Shown: positions 26,170 to 40,254, counted from the stretch's first letter. The stretch is DNA of 64,000 bases from Octopus sinensis (GCF_006345805.1 NC_042998.1:110422001-110486000); one strand, 5' to 3'. The notes: generated from the letters alone by a model not told the origin. Translations and numbers: made by a program.

Positions 26170-27430
26170 CATTACATTCCACTGATAAGTTTTGTCAATG
26201 AAAAGTGTCGTATACAGCAGAGGGACATATGTTATGCCTTCATCATCTAACAAAGGCGTTAGAAACTGTCAATTGTCTTATGCTGTGGTGCCTGTTTTCA
26301 GAAGTTTAGCTGTCCACCAACGTTTCTCTCGATCGTCCGAAGTTTCATGATGGTATGCAGGCAAGTGTGATCTCAGCAGTGAGGTCTCGGAATCCTGTTA
26401 TGTCTAGGACGGTGTAAAACAACGATGCATTCTTGCCCCTGTACTATTTAACATTTACCTGGTGACTCCAGAAGACAGTTCACCGAAGACGGAATTCGAT
26501 TTAGCTACCACTATGACGGAAACAACTTTAACAATCACTGCCTGAAAGCCCCATCAAAAAACCCTCTCAATCACTCTGTACAAGATTCAGTATGCTGACG
26601 ATGCGGCTGCACCATCTCATACCTACGCCCCTCTTCAATACAGGACGAACTGAATGCTCAGTGCCTATTCTCGGCTTAGTCTTCAAGAGAATCATAAAAA
26701 ATTGAAGTTCTCCAATTTGCCTTCCCGAACTCACCACATCCTCAACCCGTATTATTGAAGTTTCTTCTCTACCGCAAGCGGAGTCATTCTGCTCTCTTGG
26801 CGAGGAGATACTCTGTCGGATGAACTTAACCTCAACGAACGTCTTTGAGAGCAAGAACCTTAGCGCCAGCACGAAATTATACGTTTATGGAGTTGTCTGT
26901 GTATCCAACCTCCTGTATGGATCTAACTACTCAACCGCTTATCGGCGCCAGAAGTGACACTCTAAAATATACTCGGACTTAAGTGGAAGGACAAGGCGCC
27001 TCATACTGAAATTCTCCCGAGGCCTTGGATCCACAACATTGAAGACTGCATCCTCCCTCATATCCTTCGTTTGGTTCGTCGCGTGTTTCAGATGCGGGTA
27101 ACTCGCTTCTAAATATGGTCTTCTTCAGCGTAATCGAGATTGTAAGTAGGTCTCATGGACGTCCAAAACTTCGTTTTCAAGATCATCTCAAGTGGTCTCT
27201 TATTTTATATGATTTCCCCTACAGCCGATTGGAGACCATGGCTGATAGTCGCAAGGTATGGAGGTCCGCGTGTGACACTGGAGTAGAGCACCTTGAAACC
27301 GAAAGAAGGAGACTATATAAACAGAGGAGGAAACATCGTTATCAACGAACTGCAGCTGTGCAACAGGTTCTGCCTACCTTGTGTCGGTGTCATCAGCCAC
27401 GTCTGCTCCCATGAGAACATGCTGAAGGCG
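26170..27430 (+). mobile_element. Older RTE-clade LINE fragment (RT to 3' end)
   Basis: EKCRIQQRD..AF(D)LTKA, CPPTFLSIVR, GVKQRCILAPVLFNI, QYADDAA and GRPKLRFQDHLK, with many stops and frameshifts. Confidence 0.8.
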
Positions 27431-29856
27431 GAGGATGATAATGAATGTCTTGGATCGATGATGTCATCCCCTTTGAAGAGCTGTTATAAGCAAATAAGTG
27501 AACTAATATCTAATAACATTGCTGTGTTCCTATACTGCACTTCTTCAAGGTAGCGTTTATATTATGAAAATATTCTGGTATGAAGCTTTACTAAGCTATC
27601 TTGTATTTAACCTGATATTTCATGTTGATCTTTGTTCTGCTGGAAAATTTGTTTAGAAAATTCAGTACTTGTATTTACAACTAAGTGATTATATGACCGA
27701 CTGTAGTTTCCCCTTTCTCTGATTGTATGACTGCGGGTATGACAATCATGAAATTAGCATTTTACATTCGAGTGACTTTTATGTAAAGTTTGTGATGTGG
27801 TAATATTCAATTAAGCAACTTTTGACGCTTCAAGTAAATGCCAACGTTATTTTTACATCATGCATTATTGCTACAGTTTTGTTAATATCATGTGAAGAAC
27901 ATGGAGTTATAAACGTCCTCTAATACTTTCATAAATATTTCGAATGAAAATTTAATTAAATTATTATTCAGATTGTTTATAAAATCACAATTAGTTTGCA
28001 TAAATCCTTAAATAAAACAAAACAATGGGGGAAATTAATATACAATGTAAAATAAAAGCTTTCTATGATTAATAAAATATTGTGTAATTACTACTCAACT
28101 GCAGAACGTCTGCCGAATGCACTTTATCCATTTCATGAATGTTGCCAATGTAGTTATGACGTAGTAAATGTTGCACACAAAATGGTGTGAAATTTCTGCA
28201 AGCCACAACACATCGAAATGTTTGGGAATTAGAAAAGATATCAAGATTCACTTATGCGAAGAAACAAAAATTGTAGCGTAAAAACAAATCTAATGAAATT
28301 CAGACTTCATTGAATTCTTTTGCTAGATGTATTTGGAGAACGAAACATTTGTGGTCTTCTTTCCGACGCAAGCAATTCTTCATTTGGAACTATTCTGTAT
28401 TCACTGTAAAAGAGAATTCGTACCTGGAATTCCTTGCCCAGTAAAAACACTGGGCTCTGCTCATATCTGCAAGATACATAACAGAGTAGATGGTAAAATA
28501 AATGAGAATTCAGCAGAAGGACTTTAGAATCACTGTCAAAAGTTTTGAAAAAGTTGTTCGTATTTATTAATCCCTGGAAAACCTTCATCATCAGTCTATC
28601 TACAAAAGTTTATATCTTTTGTTGGCATCATTATATTTAAGATTATTCAGGCATATTTATTTCCGTACTGTTTATACATGAAATCATTTGTTTAGGTTTT
28701 GTATTGTTACATTTCTATAACATTTTATTGTTTTCTGCGTTAAACATATGGTACTAATCCTGCTACGGTCGTCCCTCGTGTGTTTTATACTAAATCTACT
28801 TCTCGTCTAAAGCCTTGTTTGTAAAATTTCCTTGATAGAAATTTGGTTAGTAGAATCGGAGTGCTACATTGTCTTAGAAGAGTTGAGTTGCTGTTGTGTT
28901 TTATAAGGCATTGTGAGTTACCTGATTATATACTACAACCGGTCCAGAATATAGAAAGCTTCATAAATATTTGCTAGAAGAAAAGATTACCGGGGCTGCC
29001 TTCAAAAATCTCTATCTAGACACCATCATGTTTTACTTAAATTCATTGTTTGTGCAAAATACTAATTGCAATGAGTAAAGTTAGTCAGTTGTTATTATGC
29101 AATATTCAAGCTATCCTCAAACTGTTTTATCAAAAGATCGACAAACTAAATAACTGAATATATGAATCGCTTCAGCTTTGTAAGTGAGGAGAATCAGACA
29201 GCTATCTTCGCCTCAGTAAATGTGCCCATAGATTCTGGGAACAATCTTATAAGGGGCAAATTTAACTTTTGACGCTTCAAGTAAAAGCCAACGTTCTTTT
29301 TACATTAGTACTTGTGTACTAGTGACAAATCTATTTGACTTATACCAAAGGGATACATAATGATCATCCGCATCCTTTAGTGATCGAATATTTCATTAAA
29401 AAAACCAGCATATTTTGTATCAGCTATTGGGGCAGGTGTGGTAGTAGTCTTTATTACCACTTTCGAAGAATGATTTATAAATTGCTCAACATGGAAGATA
29501 TAAAAGTAGACAAAAGCTACGCAAAATGTTTAAATGAAATTTACGTAGGCAAATTTAATTTTCATATTTGTGGCAAATTTAAAACTTCGGCACAAGAAAG
29601 ATCCATCATATATCTTTAAAATACATCAAGAAATACAGAGAAGAACATTACTTTTTATTTTAACTGTTCCAAATCATATTATAACAACGCAGACAACTGA
29701 GAGAAGTCTATATAATCAACTGAAAACTGACCGATAGTATAGTAACGATCAGTGTTCATGTACTCGGCTTTAGAAAGTTTACGTTGTCTCGACTAGAATG
29801 ATTTCTATTGAGGCTTCTGGCGTTTTATACCATATCTTCGTAACCGAATGCATTAC

Positions 29857-29916
<60 letters not shown>

Positions 29917-31009
29917 GTTGGATAAATAGGCTTTGTGAATAGGCGAATATGTGGTGCAGTTTTATTTTGTTTCGACAACCTATCTGTGAACATATGGAAC
30001 GTAGCGTTTCTTGTATAAATGTCATTCCTTTATATTCCAGAAAAAAAAAATAAAGTTTAAAAAACTTCTCCGTCTCTGACAGAGAAGCCACATTCGTATT
30101 ATACGCAACAAGAGAATGACGTATTTAGACATATCACCAAGAAACATATCGGCTCTTATGGAGGAGACAAGATATTTAATATCTGTCTGAGAACACGGAA
30201 CTATTTAGTTAAGGTTTTCTAACAGCATTCTTATGGCTAGTTGTTGATAGCTAACATGATACAACTAGGGTAAAAACATCGTATTAATAACATACAATTG
30301 AGGTTGAAAAATATTGACTGCATTTCCAAACTGACTGCAAATAGATAGATAGAATTTATAACTAAAGCACAATTTTTCGAAATGAAATATTTTGTATATA
30401 TGCATATAGTACATTATGCGATCAGCATGTGCTAATGTATCAAAGAACGAAAACTTCTTTATGAATCTAAATTTAGCTGTTGTATATTCAAAAATATCTC
30501 TCAGTTAACCCTTTCATACTAAAAATACAAACATTTTTAATTTTCATATTATTCTTTCTGCGCTCTTTTTAAACTTCAAATTTAAAGGAACTGAAATCTT
30601 TTTCGATGAAAGAATACTTTCCTGTGATCAGTTTGTGAAGTAAAACATAACATAAAACATTGCAATTGATCAAATCTTCAAATAGTTCAGACAGCTTTAG
30701 GCGTCCATATTCTTAAACTATTTTATTGTTACTGTTGCACATCCAATGGAATGGTCAATTTGAACTCATCCAACAAACCAGCTTCATTAAGGGCATTCAA
30801 TGCAAGTTTTCAGATATCCGTTTCTCTGATGATTTTATTGAAATATTGTTGATTTCATGTAAGGGGGAAAAAATTCAAACAGCTCAAAGTCTTTACAAAC
30901 GATCGCATACTAATTACGGTGCTGATTTTTTTGTTGATATTTATTGAAAATCTTAAAGAGATATCTAACGAAAGCTAATGTGAACTCTTTTTTATTCAGA
31001 ATGATAGTA

Positions 31010-31144
31010 CACTACACACACACACACACACACATACACACACACACACATACACACACACACACACACATACACACACACACACGCACACACAAACAAG
31101 CACAGGTATATCTATGTATATATTTACATGCCTATATATATATA

Positions 31145-31180
<36 letters not shown>

Positions 31181-31283
31181 ATATATACATACACACACAT
31201 AAATATATATATATATATATATATATACATACGTATATATATATATATATATCTATTTAACTGTCTATATGTCTATGTATGTA

Positions 31284-31314
<31 letters not shown>

Positions 31315-31315
31315 A
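31010..31315. repeat. Compound (CA)n-(TA)n-(TG)n microsatellite
   Basis: Directly visible. Confidence 0.95.
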
Positions 31316-32497
31316 TGCATTGTATATATAATGTATGCGTTGTCATATTACAATCCATTTAATTTCAGCTGATTTTACCAACCGTTTTGTACATGGAAAA
31401 TGAGATAAACCAGTGTCGACATTTCTCAGGAGGGTTGGTAGGAATTATTATAGTGGTAAACTGATGTATAAATCTTTGACAGCTATGAAGAGAGAGCACT
31501 GCCTGGGTTAACAGCTATAGTGAAAAAATCGTAAGAGGCCTATTGCAATATACTCTATATCATGTGCGTGCGTGAAAATTATGGCAACAAAAAATCTCTG
31601 ACAGAAAAACAGCCGTTACTCGTATATAATGGTAGCAAGTAAGTATGTGAACTATTTATGGAAAACACTTATTAAAATTAAATTAGAAATATTAATATTT
31701 CTAAATTTCTCTAAAAGAGACTACGTCAGCGGTACTGGCAATAAATATTAATATACTTATTAAATTCATATTTCAGTCGATTTTACTTACCGGTTTCGTA
31801 CATGATATTTTTGGAAAATCCATCTCGGTATTAATTTACGATATAAAATTTGTTTCCATGATTTCTGTAAAGAGAATTCAGGACATTTCGCTATTTGCCT
31901 ATCAGTAAAAGAGAGTCACTTGATTTTAATCGGGTTCTTTACATTTCAACACTATTTCACGTTGCTAGTGCTGTATGCATTCTATCTTGTTCACAAATAG
32001 GGAGTAGAAAGTATTATAAAACAGTGAATAATCTTGTTTGATGCATTAGCAGTATTATAGACCAGTAAATATATATATGTTAACATTAAACAGATATCAG
32101 AAAACTTACCACTCTTCGAGATATAATCATTTGTCTATATATCACAATTTATTGATCCTAACATAATTATATATATGCATGTATAGGTGTATGTTTGTAT
32201 GTGTGTGTGTGTTTGTGTGCGTGTGTGTGTGTTTGTGTGTTTGTGTATGGGTGTTTGTGTGTTTGTGTGTTTGTGTATGGGTGTGTGTATGTATGTGTAT
32301 GTGTGTGTGTGTGTGGAATGCCTGAACCAAGTCCGGCTGTTTTACTTGCCAAATGCCTTGGATTCAAATTTTGTTTTCTCCTCGAACTGATGAAAATCAA
32401 AGTTAATCGCGACGAGATTTGAAATCTAGACTCAAAAGCAGTTCATACATATTGACTTTGCATACGACTTTCCAAGTACTCTAACAATTTACATTCA

Positions 32498-33710
32498 TAT
32501 ATACAGAAATTGTCGTATAAACTACGCAAGAATGAAAATAACCCTGACATCACGTTTTAACATATATTTATCAAAAGTACATAAAAATATCTTGAAATAC
32601 TAAATAGTAAAATTATTCAATAAAATCGCCATTGGATTCAACCACGGCCTCCAGACAACTTCGAAATCTCCTGCAACTCTTTTGGACAGTCTCCTTGTTT
32701 AAGTTGGTGAATGCTGCCTTAATCCTTGCCATCGGTTCGTCTTTGGTGTTACAAAAATTTTGTTGGTCTCCCGATCAACTGCACCCCACGCATAAAACTC
32801 AAGAGGGGGGTTGCAGTCTGGGGAGTTAGGTGGACAGATGTTAGGGGCGATGTGGTCGCAGAATTTGTCTAGCAGTCTCCCGGTTGTGTGGAATGATATA
32901 GAATCCTGTTGCCAGACATAGGGCTTCCCAGCCGCCACCCTCTTGATCCAACATTACCTTCTCCTGGCACTTGATGTAGGCCATCCTGTGGAGTATGAGG
33001 CTTTGGGAGAAGATGAATGAAAGTATAACGTTGCCATCACTATTGATCACTCCAAACACCATGATGTTGACTGGATGCTTGATTTTTATCACTCTCGGTA
33101 CATGTTTTGGGGGCACAGCAAGTCAAGGTTTGTTTTAAGTGTTTAGTATCCGAGTTTCTTTAAAAGCTTCGTAGCGCAGTCTTTCCTCATGCTCTTGATG
33201 GCTTGGGATAAAAATTGACCATTTTACATCTTGTAGGAGGAATGCCAAATGTCTTCATGCACTACCTGCCTTATAAGAAACTCAGATACTCCCCTTTGCC
33301 TGGTTATGGATCTGATTGACTTGGAGAGATCGTTGTCAATCATGGCCTGGATCTTACCAACAAATTGAAGAGTTCTTTTCTTGTCAGGATGATAAGAGTG
33401 CGTTTTCTGACCTGCAGTACGTTTGTAATCACCATTAGACTCATTCACCTCTTTCAGATTTCTCTGCACAGTCCAGAGAATGGAATGACACCCAAGCACT
33501 CTGAAATGTTCGTATTGGAGTTTCAGGCGCAAATGCCAAGCAGTACACCAGGTCATTTTCAAATATCTGGCACAGTGACTTGCGCCATGGCGCTGTTTTT
33601 CTCACAGACGGTGCTCAACGGACCCTCCTATACTGTGTAGTCACCAAAATTAAAAAAAAAAACAATCCGCATGCTCGAAATATGAAATATAAATGGCAAC
33701 AATTTACCCA
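32498..33710 (-). mobile_element. Second DD37D (maT-type) transposon copy, near full length, decayed
   Basis: ORFs 33224-33562, 32841-33116 and 32699-32938 give IQAMIDNDLSKSIRSI, HVPRVIKIKHPVNIMVFGVINSDG and YVWQQDS...SPDCNP; homologous to 12040-13075. Confidence 0.85.
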
Positions 33711-33711
33711 T

Positions 33712-33848
33712 AGCTTGTTTACCAACAACATGGTTCCCGGTACAGTCTCACTGGGTGGCACCTTGGGCAAGTGCCTTCTACAATAACCTCGGGCCAACTA
33801 AAGCCTTGTGATAGGATTTAGTAGATGGAAAATGGAAGAAGGCTGTCG

Positions 33849-33917
<69 letters not shown>

Positions 33918-34147
33918 TTGTGTGCGTGTGTCCGCATATATTTGTGTGTCTCTGTTTGTCTCCCAATATCTCTTGACAACTGATGGCGTGGTGTTTACGT
34001 CCCTGTAACTTAGCGGTTTTGCAAAGGTGACTGATAGAAGAAGTACTACGCTGAGGTACTAGTCCTGAGGTCGATTTGCTCGACTAAAGGCAGTGCTACA
34101 GCATGGCCGCAGTCAAATGACTGTAAAACAAGTAAAAGAATAAAAGA
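33712..34147 (+). mobile_element. tRNA-derived SINE, family B (CORE-like), with internal (TA)n
   Basis: CATGGTTCCCGGTACAGTCTCACTGGGTGGCACCTTGGGCAAGTG (B-box-like plus CORE-like CCTTGGGCAAGT)...CAGCATGGCCGCAGTCAAATGACTG tail. Confidence 0.85.
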
Positions 34148-35338
34148 ATATATATATATACGTGTTATATAATTTAATATGATATAAACATATTTATATA
34201 TGTATACATATACTACTTAAGATATTCAACTAATCTCTAAACGAGAAATGCTACCATTGAGTACCTTAACTCTAACCGTGTGTGTCTTCATATGAATAAA
34301 TATCTACCAAAATAATTTTGCAACCACAAATATTTGCTTCATGTGAGATCGATTAGACGACTATTTTTACTCTAGTACAAAAGTGAAATTTATTTTATTG
34401 ATCCCACATGCTTGAAAGTCAACCATACCGCGATATTAGCACCTAAACTAAAACACGATAATTAAATATGGCGAGAATTTTTGACTGAGTCTTCAAATTT
34501 TGTATCAATCCGCTTTGGTGTAAAGTTTCATGCTGAAGGTTATAATCAACTGCTCACCGAATTATGCATAAGACTGATCAGCTATTGACTGATTACTATT
34601 ATCAGGAATTGGTTACATGTGTCCAGCTGAAAACCGTTTCCTTCGTCGAAGCGAGGAGAAGATCCAATGATAATATCAATACTAGATAGCGAAGCACTTT
34701 TGGCAAATATTACCTCTGTGTTATAGGATACTCTTATTATTCGAAACTCAACTCAAATCCTAAACAATGTATTAACTTATTTTATCTTGACAACACATAT
34801 CAACAAATTATTTTTTTACAAAATTCAAAGAAAGTTTCTTGAGGAACGAAAGCTATCCACAAACGTCAGCTTCTAACGATTTGCAAGCACAAGGAAAAGA
34901 CAATAAACTATTATAAACAATTTCGTATTGATTTCAACACACACACACACATTACCAGTTTGGTAGATAGATAGATTCATGTATATAGATATACATTAAT
35001 GAATTCATTTTATAATATCTAAAATATTCAATGAACAAAAATAGCCAACTATTTGTTATTTAGATGGATATTCTATAGTTAACTTTGTATCGTGCTCTCG
35101 GATTGCAGAAAGTGTTCAAAGTTGATCAGCAAAAATGAAATGTATTTTAATATACGGCCAATCTGTACATTCTATACGAATCTATTTTTAAAATCCTTTT
35201 ATGAGACGCTAATTATACGCCATACATTACTAACATTTTGTATCAAAATTCCTTCTAAATATTACGTAAATATCTCGGTCTGGAACTCGTGGTTCATTAC
35301 AATAAAATCGTTTCTCCTCTCTATCGAAGTTAAAGGAA

Positions 35339-35399
<61 letters not shown>

Positions 35400-35495
35400 T
35401 ACTCCAAACATGCACACACAAAGAGAAAACACAACGCGAGGACGTGGAACAGGTATAGTATTATTGGACGCTCAGGAAAGAAGGAAAGAAGGAGG

Positions 35496-35530
35496 GTCTA
35501 ACGTTTCGAGCGGAGCTCTTCGTCAGAAAC
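35496..35530 (-). ncRNA. Minimal type-I hammerhead ribozyme motif (PLE-type)
   Basis: Minus strand reads GTTT-CTGACGA-A-GAGC-TCC-GCTC-GAAA-CG-TT-AGAC. It has intact CUGANGA and GAAA boxes, a 4-bp stem II, palindromic helix III ACGT and stem I GUUU/AGAC. Confidence 0.7.
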
Positions 35531-36114
35531 ATAGGAAAAGGAAAGATTCAAAGTAGGGAAGACGGAAGAATAAAAATCGCCAACGGTACACACGCGGTCT
35601 CACACACACACACGCACACACATACACACACACACATACACACACACACACACATTCTTCGTTATTAATCACAAAATAAAATGTATGCGAGTGTGTGTGC
35701 CAATATGTTAACGTTAGTGCTTACTATATACGCGTGCATGCGTGAACGTCCTTAAGATGCGAGTATGGATGTGAATGTTTAAGAATATTCGGTGAATGTG
35801 AGCATGCACACAGACTTATACAACCAATAATGAACACACATCTACTAACCATATCAGCTATATACACCTACATATTCACCCAAGTGATTAGTCCACACGA
35901 AATTCATAACGAATTCGAATTCATAGTTACCCATACCCTACCAAGCATGCACATGCGTATCAAAGAGTTGATGACATTGGCACTCCCTCACATGTCAATC
36001 ATCACCCACATGTCAGATTACACACTTGCGTACACGCGAACACACACAAATAGCTGACACACACGCATGGACGTCAGACACCCGCATTCACGAACTCATT
36101 CATCTGTTACACAC

Positions 36115-36151
<37 letters not shown>

Positions 36152-36199
36152 ACACACATAAAACACAAACACACACACATACCTACACACAGGCACATG

Positions 36200-36520
36200 C
36201 TCACTCGCCAGTCATGTTTCTGTCGGTCTCCAAATCCCTTCAAAGGCCGGCCAGGCGCAAAGCTCCACCAGCTTTTTGTCCACCCACGTAGTCGAAGAAA
36301 TTTTCTTTTTTCATGTATCTTATTTTGCTGAATGCCAATTTCACTTGAAAGTACACCATGCCACCCAACTTAACCAGTAGCGGTTCAGTTCCTTGTAACT
36401 ATCTTGGACTTCCCGTACCTCTTCAATGGGTAGACTGAGACTAGATGAGCTAGGTTTCTGTAAGAAGTCTGCGAAATTTATATCGGATGGAGCCGAACAC
36501 AATTGTTTTAAACATATGTG
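36200..36520 (-). mobile_element. Decayed 3' remnant of an RTE-like LINE between (CA)n tracts
   Basis: Minus strand FRRLL...EEVR... and, with frameshift repair, GWTKKLVE...RPGRPLK(R)WRD resemble the RTE C-terminal GRP..W motif. Confidence 0.45.
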
Positions 36521-36570
36521 ACTCCCTCTGAACGTGTTGCGTGTCTTTTGCTTTCGTTTGTCCATACACA

Positions 36571-36614
<44 letters not shown>

Positions 36615-37627
36615 ACACACACACACACACACACATACACACACACACACGCACGCACACACACACACACAAGCACACACACACACATAGAGGAACGTAG
36701 CAGTATCTCAATCTTTGGATATACTTCATAGGGAATTACAAATGTGCGCGCGCGCATGTGTGTGCGTGTGTTTGTCCATGTGAATGTATGAGTGCCTATG
36801 TGTGTACTAGTGTATACATACACGCCTAAGTATGAGTGTGTTAAATCTCAATATTAATGCTTAAAATTTTGATGGATTACATTCTTAAATCAGTTGTACT
36901 CGTACCAATATAATCAATACAGCTTTAGTTAGTTTTACATGTGACAGCTTTTGCATATGTATCAATTTTTTCCAGGCAGTTTCTGTTCATAGGAAATATA
37001 TCTTGGGAGTGGTAGATGCATGTGGTAGATGCATGAATTAGTTTTCAAAAATTCTTATAATTATTTAAATTTTACTTGAGTGACCTGAGTAAATTTATCT
37101 TAAACTAGTTTGGATTAATTTTTTTCCACATGTGTGTGTGGTACGAAACTGAATACATACAATGTGAAGAAAGGTTTTACTTAATTTCTGTTGCTTGTTT
37201 TCTAAAAGCTATTTTGCTTCCCGAACATGGATACAGAAATCACACTGTACTCCAAGATCTTTTGAAATGAGCTTAGTTTATATGGACAAAGTTCGACAAT
37301 ACCACACCGTCCTTTGTAAAAAAAAAATCGATAAGGAACATTTTGTATTTCTAGGATAGAACCCTTTAAACACGGCAATGCATTTGCCATTCACAAGAAG
37401 CATAGTCACTCAGCAGAAGCTGCTTTAGGACATTAGCTATTGTCTCAGCTTCTGTAACGTTTAGCAGATGCCAAAAAGGTATTGGTTACGATGGTATGAT
37501 TGTAAACCTAATTGATTAATTAATTAATTAATGACTCTATCAACATTTTACAATTAAAGTATTCCGAACGATACAGGACAGAACCCTACCAATACATATC
37601 TGCCTTAACAAGCAGCAATAAACTTAA

Positions 37628-38266
37628 TGAGAAAATTGAAAATGGGACATATTGGAAGTAATGGAAATCGGAATAATTGATTCTTGCAAACATATAAATA
37701 TATTATGAACTTTTTTTTTACAGTTCATAAGTCTATATATAAGGCAGCGAATTACGTTTGTTATCTTACCTGCAGAGCGTTCTTTATAATATCAAATACA
37801 TTACTTTAGGCGAAGAGGCACCTATATCTATCACATCTATATACATTATGTTTGTGTGTATGTGTGTGTGTGACTGTGCGTACGTATGTGTCATAGTAAA
37901 ATATGAGGAGATTATTTTGTCTGTGTCCGTAAATATGAAAACACTTTGGAATCAAGCAAGACTTTTCTTATTAATACAATAATGCATACAAACTGGAAGC
38001 TAATTATAACGCTGGAAAACGTTTTCAAAGACATAAGCCGTAAAATTAGTTTAAAAATATGACAAAAGACAAAATCATACTCAATATCTATTTGATAATG
38101 AAGCTCTAGATTTTTTTCTGTATACAATTGTTACAGCTACTTGGACACTTATGGCTTCCAGGCGATCGCATTGATCATAGTATTTACTTCAATTCGAGAC
38201 TTATATTAACTACCGCTAATTCTCGAACGCACAATTAACTATATTTTTACACACACACACACGCAC

Positions 38267-38351
<85 letters not shown>

Positions 38352-39770
38352 ATTCATTCACTCAGTCTTCTATAAATTCATAAATTCAATTTATTTGCCT
38401 CAAAATACTTTCTGTCGCTTTTGATACCTTTTATTATAGACTAATCTTTTTTATACACTTACATACATGGACATATACTTAAAACCCTTTATGGCAGGTC
38501 ACTAGAAAGTAACATGGAAACTCAATAAAGTAGGTTCTTTTAATTTTCTTTTTTCTTTTTCGTCGTCAGCTTTATTTTGCGCCTAATTTCTGATAAGCTA
38601 ACAATTCTCTCTTTTCATTAAGACAGGCTCGTAGCAACAGCTCATAATCATAACTGATATGTCAATGAGTACAAGCATGCATTTGAACAGGCATACATAC
38701 ATTTTCATAAAGGTAAAAGCGAATCTAGTGGCTGTAATGTGACGTGGTAGCATATAAGTATGTACTGTACATTGGATTTTGACCATCCATATATGATTAA
38801 TTGAATAGAGTTATCCATGGAACAAAATGAGTCGTAGCACTATCGTACTCGTTCCCAGTAATACCAGATATGTTCGGCAAATTCTCTTAATACCGTTCGT
38901 TTTTCAAAATATTTTCTTGATTTGCAAACAACAAACTCAGATTCCAAAGCAATTTGGTACTTCATGATTATATGCATAATTTTAAAATTTGATGGCGGTT
39001 GGAGTTAAATAATGGGAGGTATAATAATTAAGGAATTCAAATAAATCAGAAATTGAGAAAATTGAAAATGGGACATATTGGAAGTAAAGGATATCGGAAT
39101 AATTGATTCTTGCAAACATAAAAATACGTATTCTAATATATTATGTACTTTTTTTTATACAGTTCATAAGTCTATGTATAAGGCAGCGAATTACGTTTGT
39201 TATATTACCTGCAAAGCGTTCTTTATTATTTCTAATACATTACTTTAGGCGAAGAAGCACCTATATCTATCACATCTATATACATTATGTTTGTGTGTAT
39301 GTATGTGTATGTTTGTGTGCCTGTGCGTACGTATGTGTCATAGTAAAATATGAGGAGATTATTTTGTCTGTGTCCGTAAATATGAAAACACTTTGGAATC
39401 AAGCAAGACTTTTCTTATTAATACAATAATGCATACAAACTGGAAGCTAATTATAACGCTGGAAAACGTTTTCAAAGACATAAGCCGTAAAATTAGTTTA
39501 AAAATATGACAAAAGACAAAATCATACTCAATATCTATTTGATAATGAAGCTCTAGATTTTTTCTGTATACAATTGTTACAGCTACTAGGACACTTATGG
39601 CTTCCAGGCGATCGCATTGATATATAGTACTTCAATGCGAGACTTATTTTACCTACCGCTAATTCTCGAACGCACAATTAACTATATTTTTACACACACA
39701 CACACACGCACACACACACACTCACTCACTCACTCACTCACTCACTCACTCACTCTCTCACTCACTCACA
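37628..39770. repeat. Local direct duplication of ~700 bp (about 37628-38360 and 39054-39770), not recognisably TE-derived
   Basis: GAGAAAATTGAAAATGGGACATATTGGAAG...ACAATTAACTATATTTTTAC(AC)n is present twice. Confidence 0.92.
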
Positions 39771-40254
39771 CACAGTTATACATACACGCGTGTGTGTTTA
39801 CAGATAAGACAATAAATAATACTGACAGCACGAAAGAAAACGTACAATAGAAAAAGTTGTTTTAAGTTCCGTCTCGCCTACCAGGTGTGAAATGGAAACG
39901 TGCCATCATTTCAAGCGTAGCCTTTTATTACAAATTAGAGATATAGATGAAAAATTTGGAAAAGAAAGAATACAGAAAGAACAACAGAAGAAATAGAGTA
40001 TATGGAAAAGAAGGGGAAATGCGCCAGGGAATCTGAAAGCTATGCCATATTTAAATGAGCAGAGATTGGAAGACAGATGGGACTCAAAAATAGGATAGCC
40101 AATATAGAACATAAATGCAGATATAAATTGGATAGGTCTTGATGTATGTGTTTATTTGTAGATGTGTTCAGCGTTGATTGTATGGTCGTGCATATTGGTT
40201 TTGAGTTTCCAATATACCTACTGTGCTGTAAGAGTACTGCACACACACACACTT

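Noticed and set aside
30505-30720. TTAA|CCCTTT start resembling a piggyBac-type TIR
   Set aside because: No matching opposite terminus was found nearby.
34835-34875. CTTGAGGAACG...AAACGTCAG, possible decayed hammerhead
   Set aside because: Both core boxes are mutated and there is no stem II; it cannot be supported.
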